A stretch of DNA of 64,000 nt from Albugo candida (Eukaryota). The stretch is taken from contig JBDOQK010000002.1 in NCBI GenBank assembly GCA_040437565.1, positions 558,001-622,000 on the forward strand, given 5' to 3'. A model generated the notes under the pieces. The model was not told where the DNA came from. It saw nothing but the letters and a program-made list of their open reading frames with translations, and did no database searches. Position 1 is the stretch's first letter, and each line of letters begins with the position of its first letter. This document shows, in pieces, positions 1-12,014 of the stretch. A program made the translations under genes and the position numbers.

Positions 1-859
1 AGAAGTTCTGTTCCAAGAGATGCTGGAATGTCATGTTCCTTGTTACACGTGCAATCCGATGAGAACGGTCTAGATTCCGCGATTTGCTATATGCATGAAA
101 AAGTTATATAAAGTATGTGAGACTTGCATTTTCTTGAATTACCTTGTACATCTGAATCATTGATTGCTGGCTGTTAACTACCTTTTTTGCCTCTTTGAGT
201 TCATAACGCAGGGACTGATTCAAATCTTGTAATTCTGCGTTTTGGATCTCCAAATTATTTTTCATGCAATTATGAGCGGACAAAGTAACCGAATTCCGTC
301 GCAATGATTTAGCGTCTTCGAGTGCGTTTTTCAACTGCACCTGCAAAGCCTCAATCTCCTGCGCGCTTTTCTTCCATTTCTTGTTCAATTCAAGGTATTC
401 CAGCGCTATCTGTTCCTCTGCATCGGATGTACTGAGGATCATAGCATTAATATCTGAGCGATTCGACCTGGGCTTGTCCACACAAGAATGGTTATCAGCA
501 ACTGCCTCGTCGCAACGTTGCTCCAACTTGGCACATTTCTCTTGTACACTTGCCAAATCCTGTCGTAGCCGCTCTTCCTGCTCTACCAATTGCACCACAA
601 GGGCCGATTTATCTCTAAACGCAAGCTCAAGAGAATTGAGCTCCGTATAACTATGCTTGCGTTCTTCTACAGAATTCTGGATCACTATTTTCTGCTCCTC
701 CAACTTCTCACACAAAGACATTTTTTCACGTGTCAATACTTCAAGCTGGGCTTGCAACGCGCAATTTTCTGCTTGTAGCTCTTCATTCTTTTCCAAAAGC
801 AATATGCCTGCTCGAGCAGCACGTTTGAGTTCATCTTCTTCATCAGGTTGTTGATACAT
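1..859 (-). CDS. Coiled-coil protein with N-terminal AAxxG (CC1-box/HAP1_N-like) motif; 3' end runs off the window
   Basis: ORF 104..997 with likely ATG at 859 (MYQQPDEEDELKRAARAGILLLEKNEEL); heptad-rich E/K/Q/L sequence; GT..AG intron near 143..88, after which the frame continues (QIAESRPF...) to the window edge. Confidence 0.75.
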
Positions 860-1153
860 TCGACAATCTACTGAATAGAATAAGTGCTTGTGTAGATATA
901 TATAACCTGATTGAATTGAGTAATTGAGTGTACCTGCTTCAACGAAATTATCGCCAGGGTTACACATTGATACCATGTCTAGGTATCCCCAAGACAAAAT
1001 CTTAATGTTGTAGTAGTCGGAATGTCAAGTTCAATAAATCCCGGAGCTTTTCCGGTGTGCTTTTTCTACTTGCTTCCAATTCCAAAAAAACATCGAATAA
1101 GAACCGGTATTCCACCCGCATACCACCCTCATCTGAGAACTTATTCTATCATC

Positions 1154-1968
1154 ATGATGATGACAAAGCATTCTCTAAGGCGACAGATGGCATCAGCTTT
1201 ACGAGAAATCGGACCAGTTGAAATACAGAATCAGAGTCAATGCATTGCAAATAACATATGCAAAATGTCTATTTTCAGAAAAGCTACTGCAATCTGTGTC
1301 TACTTGAATATGCCGCAAAGCGAAGCTACCACCGATGCTATTTTGGAGTACGCGTTTGAAGCGAAAAAAACAGTTTACGTTCCCAAAATAATTGGAAAAA
1401 ATGCGAAAGATATGGTGATGGTGAAAGTAGTGTCGTTCCAGGATATTGCGACTTTCCCAAAGGTTGTTTGCGATAGTGGAATTACACTTCATCATACTCG
1501 ATACTGTCTGTCTATGATAATGATCGCGTGCATGCTATTGGACAGGACAAGTGGTCTATTCCAGATCCTCATCCATTACTATGTGGAAAAAGGCGCCTAG
1601 ACCCACTAGATTCGTTAGATTTGGACCTAATCATCGTACCAGGAGTAGCGTTTGATCGGACAGGAGCGCGACTCGGCCACGGCAAAGGATACTATGGTAT
1701 GAATTGAGACTTTTGGGTGACTAAAATCCAAATTTTATTTGTGTTATAGATTGCTACTTGCAGCGCTTGAAAGAAACGTATTGTTCAAGCGGTATTTCTG
1801 CACCAAAAACAATCGTACGTTTACGAATCAAGCAAAGATTGATATAATGCTCATACATATTCTCAGGGAATCGGATTTAGTTGTCAACTGCTATCTAATG
1901 TGCCAACAAGTTCACATGATCAACTGCTAGATTACATTGTGACACCCTCAGAAACCATAACTTTGTAG
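1154..1968 (+). CDS. MTHFS: 5-formyltetrahydrofolate cyclo-ligase (methenyltetrahydrofolate synthetase), 4 exons
   Basis: N-terminal KHSLRRQM; VYVPKI; spliced exons give [32 protein letters not shown] and HDQLLDYIVTP; stop TAG at 1966-1968. Confidence 0.93.
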
Positions 1969-2392
1969 TCTACTTGGATTAGACTCGCGATTTTCACGAT
2001 GATCCTTTCTGCCGTAGTTCTTGTATTATGAGAAATTCTTCGTTTCAAGTCATCTTGAGCTTTCTCAACATGAAGCAGAGCTGCCAATTGCATATCCTAC
2101 CACGAGTTATCCGAGCCCATAGTGGGCAAATACGTGCTGATCCTGAGTTCTCTGAAAGCGATAGAGTGTGGAAACAAACAAAAATTGCCAGCACGTGAGC
2201 CACCGACTCAATAACAAACCAATCATATGTTCCTTGGTAAAGAAGGAATTACGATCATCTCGTTTATTTACTGGCAATTCTCGTCCTGAATACAGTCTAT
2301 TCACTACTAAGTAAAATCTTTGAAGAACTCGCGTCGCCATTGTGCAAAGGTTGAATTTGTACCGACAAACAGGCTCTCTTTTAACGGTACAT

Positions 2393-4700
2393 TTACTCAT
2401 TATTAGCTATCTCGTCATTGGTAGCAATCTTCCTCGCTCGATCCAAAATGGAGAAGAAGACTTCGGGTCGCTTCATTTGCGACCCGTATAGTAGTTCGGT
2501 CGTGTGTGCAACTCTGAAAAGTACATCCTCATTCCAATGTCTTGCTTGGAATTGAACTGACAAAGGTAGCCCTTGCGAGTCGTATCCAATGGGTACAGCG
2601 ATTCCAGGCACACCCACAAGGTTGGCGTACATAGAAAAGCGGAAAATGTCACTCGATTGTTCCGTGTTCAGTACTCCAGCATCATGAGAGTCTGCCGAAA
2701 TTTTTGGTGCTGTAATTCCCGTTGTAGGGGACATAAAAATATCGACTTTATCAAATATTTCTTCTCGAATCTGACGCAATGCAAAAGCACGGACTTTTTG
2801 GGCGGATGTATAATCCAATGCTGAGTAATGCCGAGCTAGTGCCAACAAAATGCGGGCTTCAGGCCCCATCGCACTGATATGTTGAAGTTGTGAATCCAGC
2901 GCGGAAGACATTTCAGATAAAATTGTCAATGTATGTGCCAGCATTACTGTGTGATAGTGATGTAATTCAACTGGAACAATCTGAGCGCCCTTATTTTGCA
3001 GTTTCTGGCGGACACGGCGAATGGAATCGGCTACTTCTGGGGATGCATGGTTTGTGAGAGCTTCAAAGTACCCGATTTTCACACCGGCAAGGCTTTCTGT
3101 CTTCTCAAAAGAGCTCACATCAGCCCGTGGTTGACTGCGGCCACGAGGAAAGCTATCATGACTACCACTAATGATAGCATAAGCGATAGCAGTATCGCGG
3201 ACCGAGTTTGCTATCGGACCAAAATGACTGACAGAGTTGATCTCCCTCGGTAAGCTTGGAACACGCTGGAAAGTTGGTTTTAGACCAACAACTCCACAAA
3301 ATGAAGCCGGGATTCGTATCGAACCACCACCATCAACAGCCAGTGCTAGCGGCACTATTCCTGAAGCCACTGCAGCAGCGGAGCCACTGGATGAACCACC
3401 AGTATAGTGACTAACATTATAAGGATTTCTCGGGGTACCATAATGCAAATTGAATCCAGTGACCCCTGCACCCACCTCGTGCATATTGGTCTTTCCAACA
3501 ATGATAGCGCCCGCGCCTCTTAGTCTTGCTACAGATGGGCTGTCTATCTTTGCAGGCCAAGGGGATTTGGGAAGCCTAGTACCGTACGTAGTAGGATAGC
3601 CCATCACATCAATTTCATCTTTAACTGCCACAGGAACACCATCAAGTACCCCAAGCGTTGCGCCTTTCGCGTAACGTTTAGTGGAGTTTCTTGCTTGTTC
3701 GAGGAAGTTTTCTCTGTTAATGGCAATAAAAATCCGTAAGGGGTGACTACCCTCTTCAGATTCTTCGATCGCCGCCAGAACAGCCTCTGCAACGTCCAAA
3801 GGAGTGATCTCTCCGCTTTGATAACGGCTTGTGTAATCTGCAATTGACCAGTACTTAAACGCGCCGTCTTTTGNNNNNNNNNNNNNNNNNNNNNNNNNNN
3901 NNNNNNNNNNNNNNNNNNNNNNNNNNNNNNNNNNNNNNNNNNNNNNNNNNNNNNNNNNNNNNNNNNNNNNNNNCGTTGCGCCTTTCGCGTAACGTTTAGT
4001 GGAGTTTCTTGCTTGTTCGAGGAAGTTTTCTCTGTTAATGGCAATAAAAATCCGTAAGGGGTGACTACCCTCTTCAGATTCTTCGATCGCCGCCAGAACA
4101 GCCTCTGCAACGTCCAAAGGAGTGATCTCTCCGCTTTGATAACGGCTTGTGTAATCTGCAATTGACCAGTACTTAAACGCGCCGTCTTTTGCGTTTATGT
4201 TCTTTGCGGAAGTTAAAAGGGTGAGCGCATTCACCCCACTCGAAGCTCTTTCCAATTGAGAGGCTTCCGGCTCCACATATGGGTAGTACACTGGAGCATC
4301 AGGTAGGATGGACGCTAATCTGTGAGGACCAGGTAACATTAGCAAAATGACTGCTTTCGAATGGTTCAGTCTCCCTTACTTGCGAACGTCGGAGTATTGT
4401 AGGTCACGCATCAAATAAGTCGAAAATATACTTCCGATGACCGGGGTTCCCATCAATATGGCTAGAAACTGTAAATGATGGATCAAATCAAAGATATTAG
4501 TTAGGGTAAGAAAAAAGAGCGACCTTCAATGGTGGTCCTGTGAGCCTTGGGCTTATCATCGATAGTGCTTTATACGGTGATGATACACCAATTGTACCTC
4601 GCGAGGAACTGATATCATCGACTTCCAGATACAATAGTAAAGAGATAGTTGCAGCAAGCAGAGCCACAGAGATGATAGAAGGTCGTAACCAAGACGACAT
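2393..4700 (-). CDS. FAAH: Fatty acid amide hydrolase, amidase-signature family (plant-FAAH-like), with N-terminal hydrophobic anchor; 3 exons
   Basis: [32 protein letters not shown] and [11 protein letters not shown] show an intact Lys-Ser-Ser triad; exon 1 [25 protein letters not shown]...[10 protein letters not shown]. An internal overlap duplication flanks the gap at 3874-3973. Confidence 0.9.
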
Positions 4701-5534
4701 ATACATCCCGGAACGCGAAATGCTTCTGCGCCTCAGGTTAGTATTTGCAGCAATTGGCCAAAATGATCGATGATATGACAAGCATCTCTATAGGCAAGAA
4801 AGGCATTATAGAGGCGGCCAATGGTACAGGCCAAATAGGGAAGGTCAGCGTGACACCAGTATCGGCAACTCTATGAGCCATCCNNNNNNNNNNNNNNNNN
4901 NNNNNNNNNNNNNNNNNNNNNNNNNNNNNNNNNNNNNNNNNNNNNNNNNNNNNNNNNNNNNNNNNNNNNNNNNNNNNNNNNNNAGTGCTTTATACGGTGA
5001 TGATACACCAATTGTACCTCGCGAGGAACTGATATCATCGACTTCCAGATACAATAGTAAAGAGATAGTTGCAGCAAGCAGAGCCACAGAGATGATAGAA
5101 GGTCGTAACCAAGACGACATATACATCCCGGAACGCGAAATGCTTCTGCGCCTCAGGTTAGTATTTGCAGCAATTGGCCAAAATGATCGATGATATGACA
5201 AGCATCTCTATAGGCAAGAAAGGCATTATAGAGGCGGCCAATGGTACAGGCCAAATAGGGAAGGTCAGCGTGACACCAGTATCGGCAACTCTATGAGCCA
5301 TCCTACAGCGCTGGATAAAGTTAAGTACTTGAAATTGCACGTAGCTGCTGAAAATTCTCACAGAATGCTTGCATAGAGAAGAATAGAACTATTAGAGATC
5401 TAGATAATTTCGTTTTGGAGCAACGATCTTGTCCGTAAAGAATGCATTGAGATACTTTATATTCTAAATGAGCTGATGAAAAGCTAGTTCACTGTCTGTT
5501 TTCAACCATAGATAAGGGTGTATCTGTCACTGCC

Positions 5535-7106
5535 ATGCTGGCAAAACGTTCCCAAGAGAGTTATAAAATTGGTTTCCCTTCAAAACTGGGTCATACACAA
5601 TTCTACATAAAGGTGCAATTTGTGCATGTCATGAGTCATCATTTCCTTAAGACTTTCGTGGAAAATTATCCAATTAGCGAATGAGCGCATCATCGGAGAC
5701 ATCAAGCGCGGCAAGAATACCAATTCTGCTGCAAAATTTTGCCAGGTCGTGCTGTGACTGTGAACATCATTTCGCGCCGCTACAGATTCAGAATATTTCT
5801 GGTATTGAGGAGCACAAGGACACTGGTGAGATCGCTCTATGTAGAGACTCAACGTGAATCTACTTTCCTACTACAACCGCCTTCAGTTGTAGACGTCGCC
5901 ATCAAAAATGTAAGCGACAAAGTCTACTCAGGAGATGAACGCAAAAGACAGAGTGTGGAAATGAAATTTGGCGATTATATTACGTATTACACGGCGAAAT
6001 ACACGAATAATAATCACTGGCTGTGCTCCGTGTCGGATCTAGAATTTTATTTGTGTCAGTGCCCAATGTTCGTCGATGAAGAAACCATTGAGAAGGGTGT
6101 TTCGATGAAAACAAGCCTTCCCAAGCTCATGCAGCATTTCCAAATGTATACTGTTGCATTTAGTCATTTCAGAAGGTTTAATCGGGTTATTTATCGTGTA
6201 GACCAGATTTGTTAGAACGTGAAAAAGTCTCGCAGATCAATTTTTGGATGGCTGCTGCTCCGAGTCAAACTAATATCCATTACGACGCGTATCAAAACAT
6301 TTTGGTCGTTTTGAGTGGTAAAAAGGTCGTGACGCTCTATCCACCATCAGAATATGCAAAACTTCATCCATATCCGATTTATTCTGAGTCATCAAACCAT
6401 AGTCAAGTAAAATCTCATACAACGCAGAGCTCAATGCATAGTACTTTCGAAAAAGCAGATAAAATGGTGTTGAGCGTGGGAGCCGGAAGTATGTTGCAAA
6501 TGATCTTTATTTCTGAAGTTAACTGGACATAACACGATGTTAGGCGCCGTATTCATTCCGGAAGGGTGGTGGCACCAGGTGAGATCTGATAGTTTTACCA
6601 TAGCAATCAACTACTGGTACAATGGATTGAGACAACAGCTATTGGATAATCCTTTAGCCCAAGCTTACTACTCTCGCATTTTGGCTCAAGACCTACTCAA
6701 AAAAGAGTGTGACGAGTATATATCTCGAATAAGACAAAAACCGGATCGTTCTATAGGCGCTGGGGAGGTTGTTGCCCGAATAATCGAAGTCAGCTTGCAT
6801 ACTTCGCGAGAAGGTCATCTCATCCCACTTGAATCTGTGATGCTTTATGAAGTATTACTAAATCTAGCCAGAAACCACATCATACTTTGGAAAGATCTTC
6901 TCAGTTGTGCTTCCGCTGAATTAGTGGCGGTTCTTTTGCACGAATGGGAATCAAATGAGATGTTTGATTCTGAATTCTATGCGGTGATATTTTCTCCGTG
7001 GGGTTCCGAGGATGAGAAAGCGATGATTCAAGCTGATATGATGAGAAAACGAGACAACTTTCGTCAGAAAGTATGGTATCAGCTAGCTAAACCATTATTT
7101 GGCTAA
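5535..7106 (+). CDS. JmjC/Cupin_8 2-oxoglutarate-Fe(II) oxygenase (JMJD5/JMJD7-like class), multi-exon
   Basis: TNIHYDAYQNILVVLSGKKVVTLYPP and AVFIPEGWWHQVRS give an intact HxD...H facial triad across ORFs 5739, 6209 and 6537; start position approximate. Confidence 0.85.
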
Positions 7107-8243
7107 GACCAGTTGTAGCAATTTGTTTGGGAGTGGGATTTCGAACTTGTCCTGTCAAATCTTGTGAACTACAATATCTTTCGAGAGTGCGTGTGCGCAT
7201 GACACATACAGCGCACGAAGCTTAAGATTTTTTCTCAAATATTCACACCGCACACCAGTTCGTTGTAAGGCCACGACATCCACGATCAAAGTCACTATAT
7301 ATTTGGCTTAATAGAAAGCTCTGTCTTGGCTATTTTGAGAAAGTCATACTTTGCCACAACATGATCAATTCGTGGAATTTACCTTTCTGTGAAATTCCTA
7401 TCGATTACAGCTCATATATAGTTTCATGGTGTTGCTGAAGGTCCATCGTCAGATTATTGTAGTATCAGTATCAGGCAACACGCGAATCAATGTAGGGATG
7501 AGTTTCAACGGCATCTATGCATACAGCTTAAAAGCTTTTTTCTCTGCAGCATCATTGATTCTCTAACCTTGTTGAAAGCGAGACATCCGACGAAAATTTT
7601 GTGGAGCGAAGGCTCTTTTGTTACAATTGTAATAGAACATTCGTTATCAGAAAGTGGCACTATTGCGCCGAAGAGGTTCAAATTAAAATGATCTTTTGTT
7701 TACACGAGCATCTTCTTGGCGGTGAGCAACTAGTATATGAATCATTATTGCTGTATGATCCACCATCAGATATCCATGAGCGCCACAGCTTTTCTGTCGT
7801 CTAGAACGGGTATGCCAAGTGCAGTGCCACGATGGCCATTCGTCATAGACTGATAACGGATTCGGATAACCAGAACGTAGTTCAGTTACTGGGAAGCTGG
7901 TTGTTTTGTACTCGGGAATCGAAGAACGCAGTGGTAGACAAGCAAACTCGTGATTTCTTGGGGACATGAATAACAGCTCTCCGTAAGACAACTCAGGAAT
8001 GCTCAGAAAACGTATTTTAGCTGGTCAAACTGATGCAACATAGAGGCATTGACAATTGCAGCATGTTACAGATTCGATGAGTGAAAACTTGGATGGTTTG
8101 AGCTTGGTCACATGACATCCGCAGTGGCGAATAGTAATAGATCGATAAACAAGTGATGAATATCAAGAGAGCATACTTTATTATTCATATATATGCCAGC
8201 ATGCCCTATATTTTGCGTCATCTAGATGAACCATACAAGAACA

Positions 8244-8961
8244 TCACCAATCCCCTTGACGTGAAGAAGTAGGCACGTGCCATTGACAAGGACGTCCAGG
8301 GATCGGCGGTAGATTTTTTTCTTCGAAGTCTCGAATGATTTCTTCTTGGAAAGGTTCCCACTCATAATGGACATTATGAGGATTCGTTTCAACCTGTCTC
8401 TGCAGTAATTGATTCATTGCCGCTAAGTAAATACATGTCAGTACAAAATGAATTGAAGGTAGCTTTGTGATACCGTGCGTTGTGCTCATCGCTGATCTTG
8501 TGCCTGTGGGATCGTAGCCAAGAACCGCTGGATTCTTATTTCCAGGTGATCCTTTTGGTGCTCCTTCAGGAAGCTCCACGATTTTTTTTATCGGAATTGA
8601 TGGATGCATCTCCACAGCAAACTCTTTTGCCAAATTACGACGCGTATCTCGTGTATAGTACTGAATATTGTATACACTCTCTTTATTCGGGTACGATGGA
8701 ACGTGTACATCCTTTGGTTGGCTTGATGGGGAAGGTTCACGATACTTCTGCTCTGCGGATGGATTCGACTGTGGTTGATCACATCCGCTTGCGACTTTGA
8801 ATAACAGCACTTCCCGGAGCTAGCAAATAAGAAGGGAAGGTGAAGTGAAGTGTAAAGTAAAATTCATGGATCTTTTCGCTATTCCTTACGCGCTGGCGGA
8901 CGGTATCAGGCAGCAAGCTTGACCATCGGAACGGTTTGAACGGTTCCCATTTGCTGCTCAT
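8244..8961 (-). CDS. Probable mitochondrial complex I accessory subunit, NDUFA7/B14.5a-like
   Basis: Spliced MSSKWEPFKPFRWSSLLPDTVRQR|LREVLLFKV...YREPSPSSQP...SVYNIQYYTRDTRRN resembles the Y(Y/F)xRDxRR motif recalled from plant B14.5a and fungal NUZM subunits. Confidence 0.55.
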
Positions 8962-10192
8962 GCTGTACGTTAACTGCTGGATTATTTCCGGGTTGATACC
9001 GTTTGATCCCAACTAAATACGCTTATGGTGCGGCAAAGTCGATCGCATGCCATAATGTCTAATCTAGCTACTAGCTAGCGTATTTAGGTTCCATCTTCTA
9101 CTAGAAGCAGATAGAAACGTGACGCATAGCTGGCTGCTTAAAGATCGTGTGTACGGGATAGTGCAAAATCATGTTGAAAAACTCAAGTATTGTCCGTATC
9201 TAGACAATTAGATTGCGATGGCTTTGAGGCAACAAAATAAGCCTGTGAGCTATGGAAGAAATGCATCAATGATTGAGCGGTGGCTAGAACTCAAACTCGC
9301 AGTCAGCATTCGCTATCGATCTTTACGTTCCATAGCAACTAACGTGCGCGGGAGTGATTGATACATCTGTATTATTGAGTCATTCACGACAGGTTAATGT
9401 GCAATTGTGGCCCGACAACCTATTTTATCGTACGTCGTCTGCTCTTCTAATAAATTATCTTGACAATAACGACNNNNNNNNNNNNNNNNNNNNNNNNNNN
9501 NNNNNNNNNNNNNNNNNNNNNNNNNNNNNNNNNNNNNNNNNNNNNNNNNNNNNNNNNNNNNNNNNNNNNNNNNGTGATTGATACATCTGTATTATTGAGT
9601 CATTCACGACAGGTTAATGTGCAATTGTGGCCCGACAACCTATTTTATCGTACGTCGTCTGCTCTTCTAATAAATTATCTTGACAATAACGACGTACCTC
9701 GAGGATTGTCCGGTTGTACTCTGCTGACACCATCAATCTAAAGTGCGTTCAATGCACTCACATCGCACCACATAAACGATGCATTCTTGACTGCGCAGTA
9801 TATTAACATTGTTTTGAAGAAAATTGACATATAGTGAGTCACCTCATCAACGAAATATGTACGCAGGTCGGCCGCAATCTGTCTTATCATTGCGAGTTAG
9901 TGTCTTGGGCTTGATTCGTATACTATGCCTTCGATTCGAATCGCTCAAAGATATGAGTAAATGCAAAGGTGACTTTGATCAAGCGTTTTAGCCAACGATG
10001 GATTCAANNNNNNNNNNNNNNNNNNNNNNNNNNNNNNNNNNNNNNNNNNNNNNNNNNNNNNNNNNNNNNNNNNNNNNNNNNNNNNNNNNNNNNNNNNNNN
10101 NNNNNNNAGCCAACGATGGATTCAATCCATACACCACATTAGTATACTGACAGTTATATGTATACCCCGCCGATTGACAGTTTGTGCACAAA

Positions 10193-11643
10193 ATGCCCAC
10201 TTTGAAGGGATCAAATCGTTCCAATGGTCCACGATATCAATCGCCCAATCTTGGGCGTGCATTTCACTCCGACGGCGGAAAGTCTTCTCTGCTCAGTGCA
10301 GAATCACCCAAATCTGCAAGTTATGCTTCAGACTACACGCATTTATCTTCACCCACGTTGACTGCAATTTACGACCCCAATTCTCCACAAGCTCGGATAC
10401 GAAATGAATCATACTATGCCTCGAGACTCAGTCAAAGTATCTCATCGATCGCAAACTCCTCGACACGTTCGCGAGCTTCAACGGACACAAGTACTCGTCC
10501 GACTTCGAATTATTCTAACATCCGATCACCAACTCAAGTTATACGAGAACATGACTCAAATATTTGCACGTCCAGCAATGATTTCGAAGATGATTTCGAA
10601 GACGGCGTGAGATTTGTTGATGCCTATCATGGTTTGTGGTGCATCGTTCTTATCAAATATTCTTTAGCATTATCTTGTCTCGTTAATGCCTAGGACCTCA
10701 TCGCATTCTAACTCGAGAGAATTCTGACTTGAAACAAGAACTTTATGCCTGCTACAAACAGGCCACGTGTGGACCATGTCAGATCGAGTCTAGACCATCT
10801 GATGCAAACAGCATCGATGTCATGAAATGGTAAAGCATTTAAAAGTTGGAGTTTCTCTTATCCATTGCATATGTGAAGGGAGAAGTGGATGAGCCTTGGA
10901 CGAACGACACCCCAAGAAGCAATGAAACGGTACATAAAAATCTTGGATACTTTTGTGGAAGACTGGAGGCGACATTCCAAGAAGCCAAGTGTGAGCAAAT
11001 GATTACACAAACCAAATATTCTCACCCTTTAAAGTCAGTAAGTTTAGAAGCAATCAACCATCAAAAGCGAAAGCTCATGGCAACCGATGGATGCATGGCA
11101 AGATATTCGTTACTTTATGACAAAAGAGACTGAGAAATGGCAAGAAGCAGAGTCTCGTCTAGCTGCAGTTTGCCACGAGAACGTAAGAAATTGTATCAAG
11201 GGTACATCATTAGCCGGGTACAACTGCTGATATTGCTTTCGCGTTTAGACAATACGGGTCAATAAGATTTTAAACGAACTCGTTGAAGCACAAACAAAAC
11301 AGTTCGAGCTGACGCGCAAGCTTGAAGATGATGCAAAAAAGCAGAAAGTAAGCAGAGGAATCATGTTGTCTTCTTTTTGCGTTACGCAACTTTTTCCGGT
11401 TAGAATCAAATGGAAGTCAGTGTCATGCGCCAGGAAGATCTTTCCTCTAGAATTTCGAGTACAAAGGTTTTTGCCATCGAGGCACGCATCTCCCAAGTAT
11501 TTCGAGCACTAAAGGCGCTGTGTTCTCGAAATACGATATCCTGTTTATTTCTGGCGATACTCTTGCTACAAATCCGCAGAATTGGACGCAAGGGAAAGTT
11601 TGCTATACTTTACAAGTTCTTACGTGGTACATTGGCAGTATAA
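10193..11643 (+). CDS. Acyl-CoA-binding (ACB) domain protein with coiled coil and C-terminal hydrophobic tail (ACBD4/5-like layout)
   Basis: Spliced exons give DDFEDGVRFVDAY...KQELYACYKQATCGPC...MKWEKWMSLGRTTPQEAMKRYI; Ser-rich N-terminus; last exon ISCLFLAILLLQIRRIGRKGK. Confidence 0.8.
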
Positions 11644-12014
11644 CCACGGCGTACACATGCTACAGCATGATCAAATATGTACAAAAAATGTCGATGACGT
11701 GCATTCAAATTACAAGATTATTGGTCGTTTGGTCGCTTATCTAAACAGTAGTAGATGGCGCTATAAGCATAATCTTATCGTACAAAACACCGTGATTAGA
11801 CGAAAGACATCAATCATGTCATGCGAGAAGAATGTAGATACCGTCATACTCATGAAGAACCATCTCGCATGAACAGCCACGATGTAATGAGAACCCGATC
11901 AAAAGCAAAGATAACGATCTACGCCTGCAACTAGTGCTTTGCGACATAGTGCGCTGTCACTTGCACAAATCCACTCTCTAAAGACATACTCTTGAACGGT
12001 TAACTCTGTCATCC

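Noticed and set aside
3656-5303. Internal repeat in FAAH and duplicated first exon
   Set aside because: Identical overlaps flanking the N gaps at 3874 and 4884; artefact.
9020-10190. Intergenic stretch with two gaps as a possible mobile element
   Set aside because: The only repeats are gap overlaps; no coding or terminal-repeat signal.
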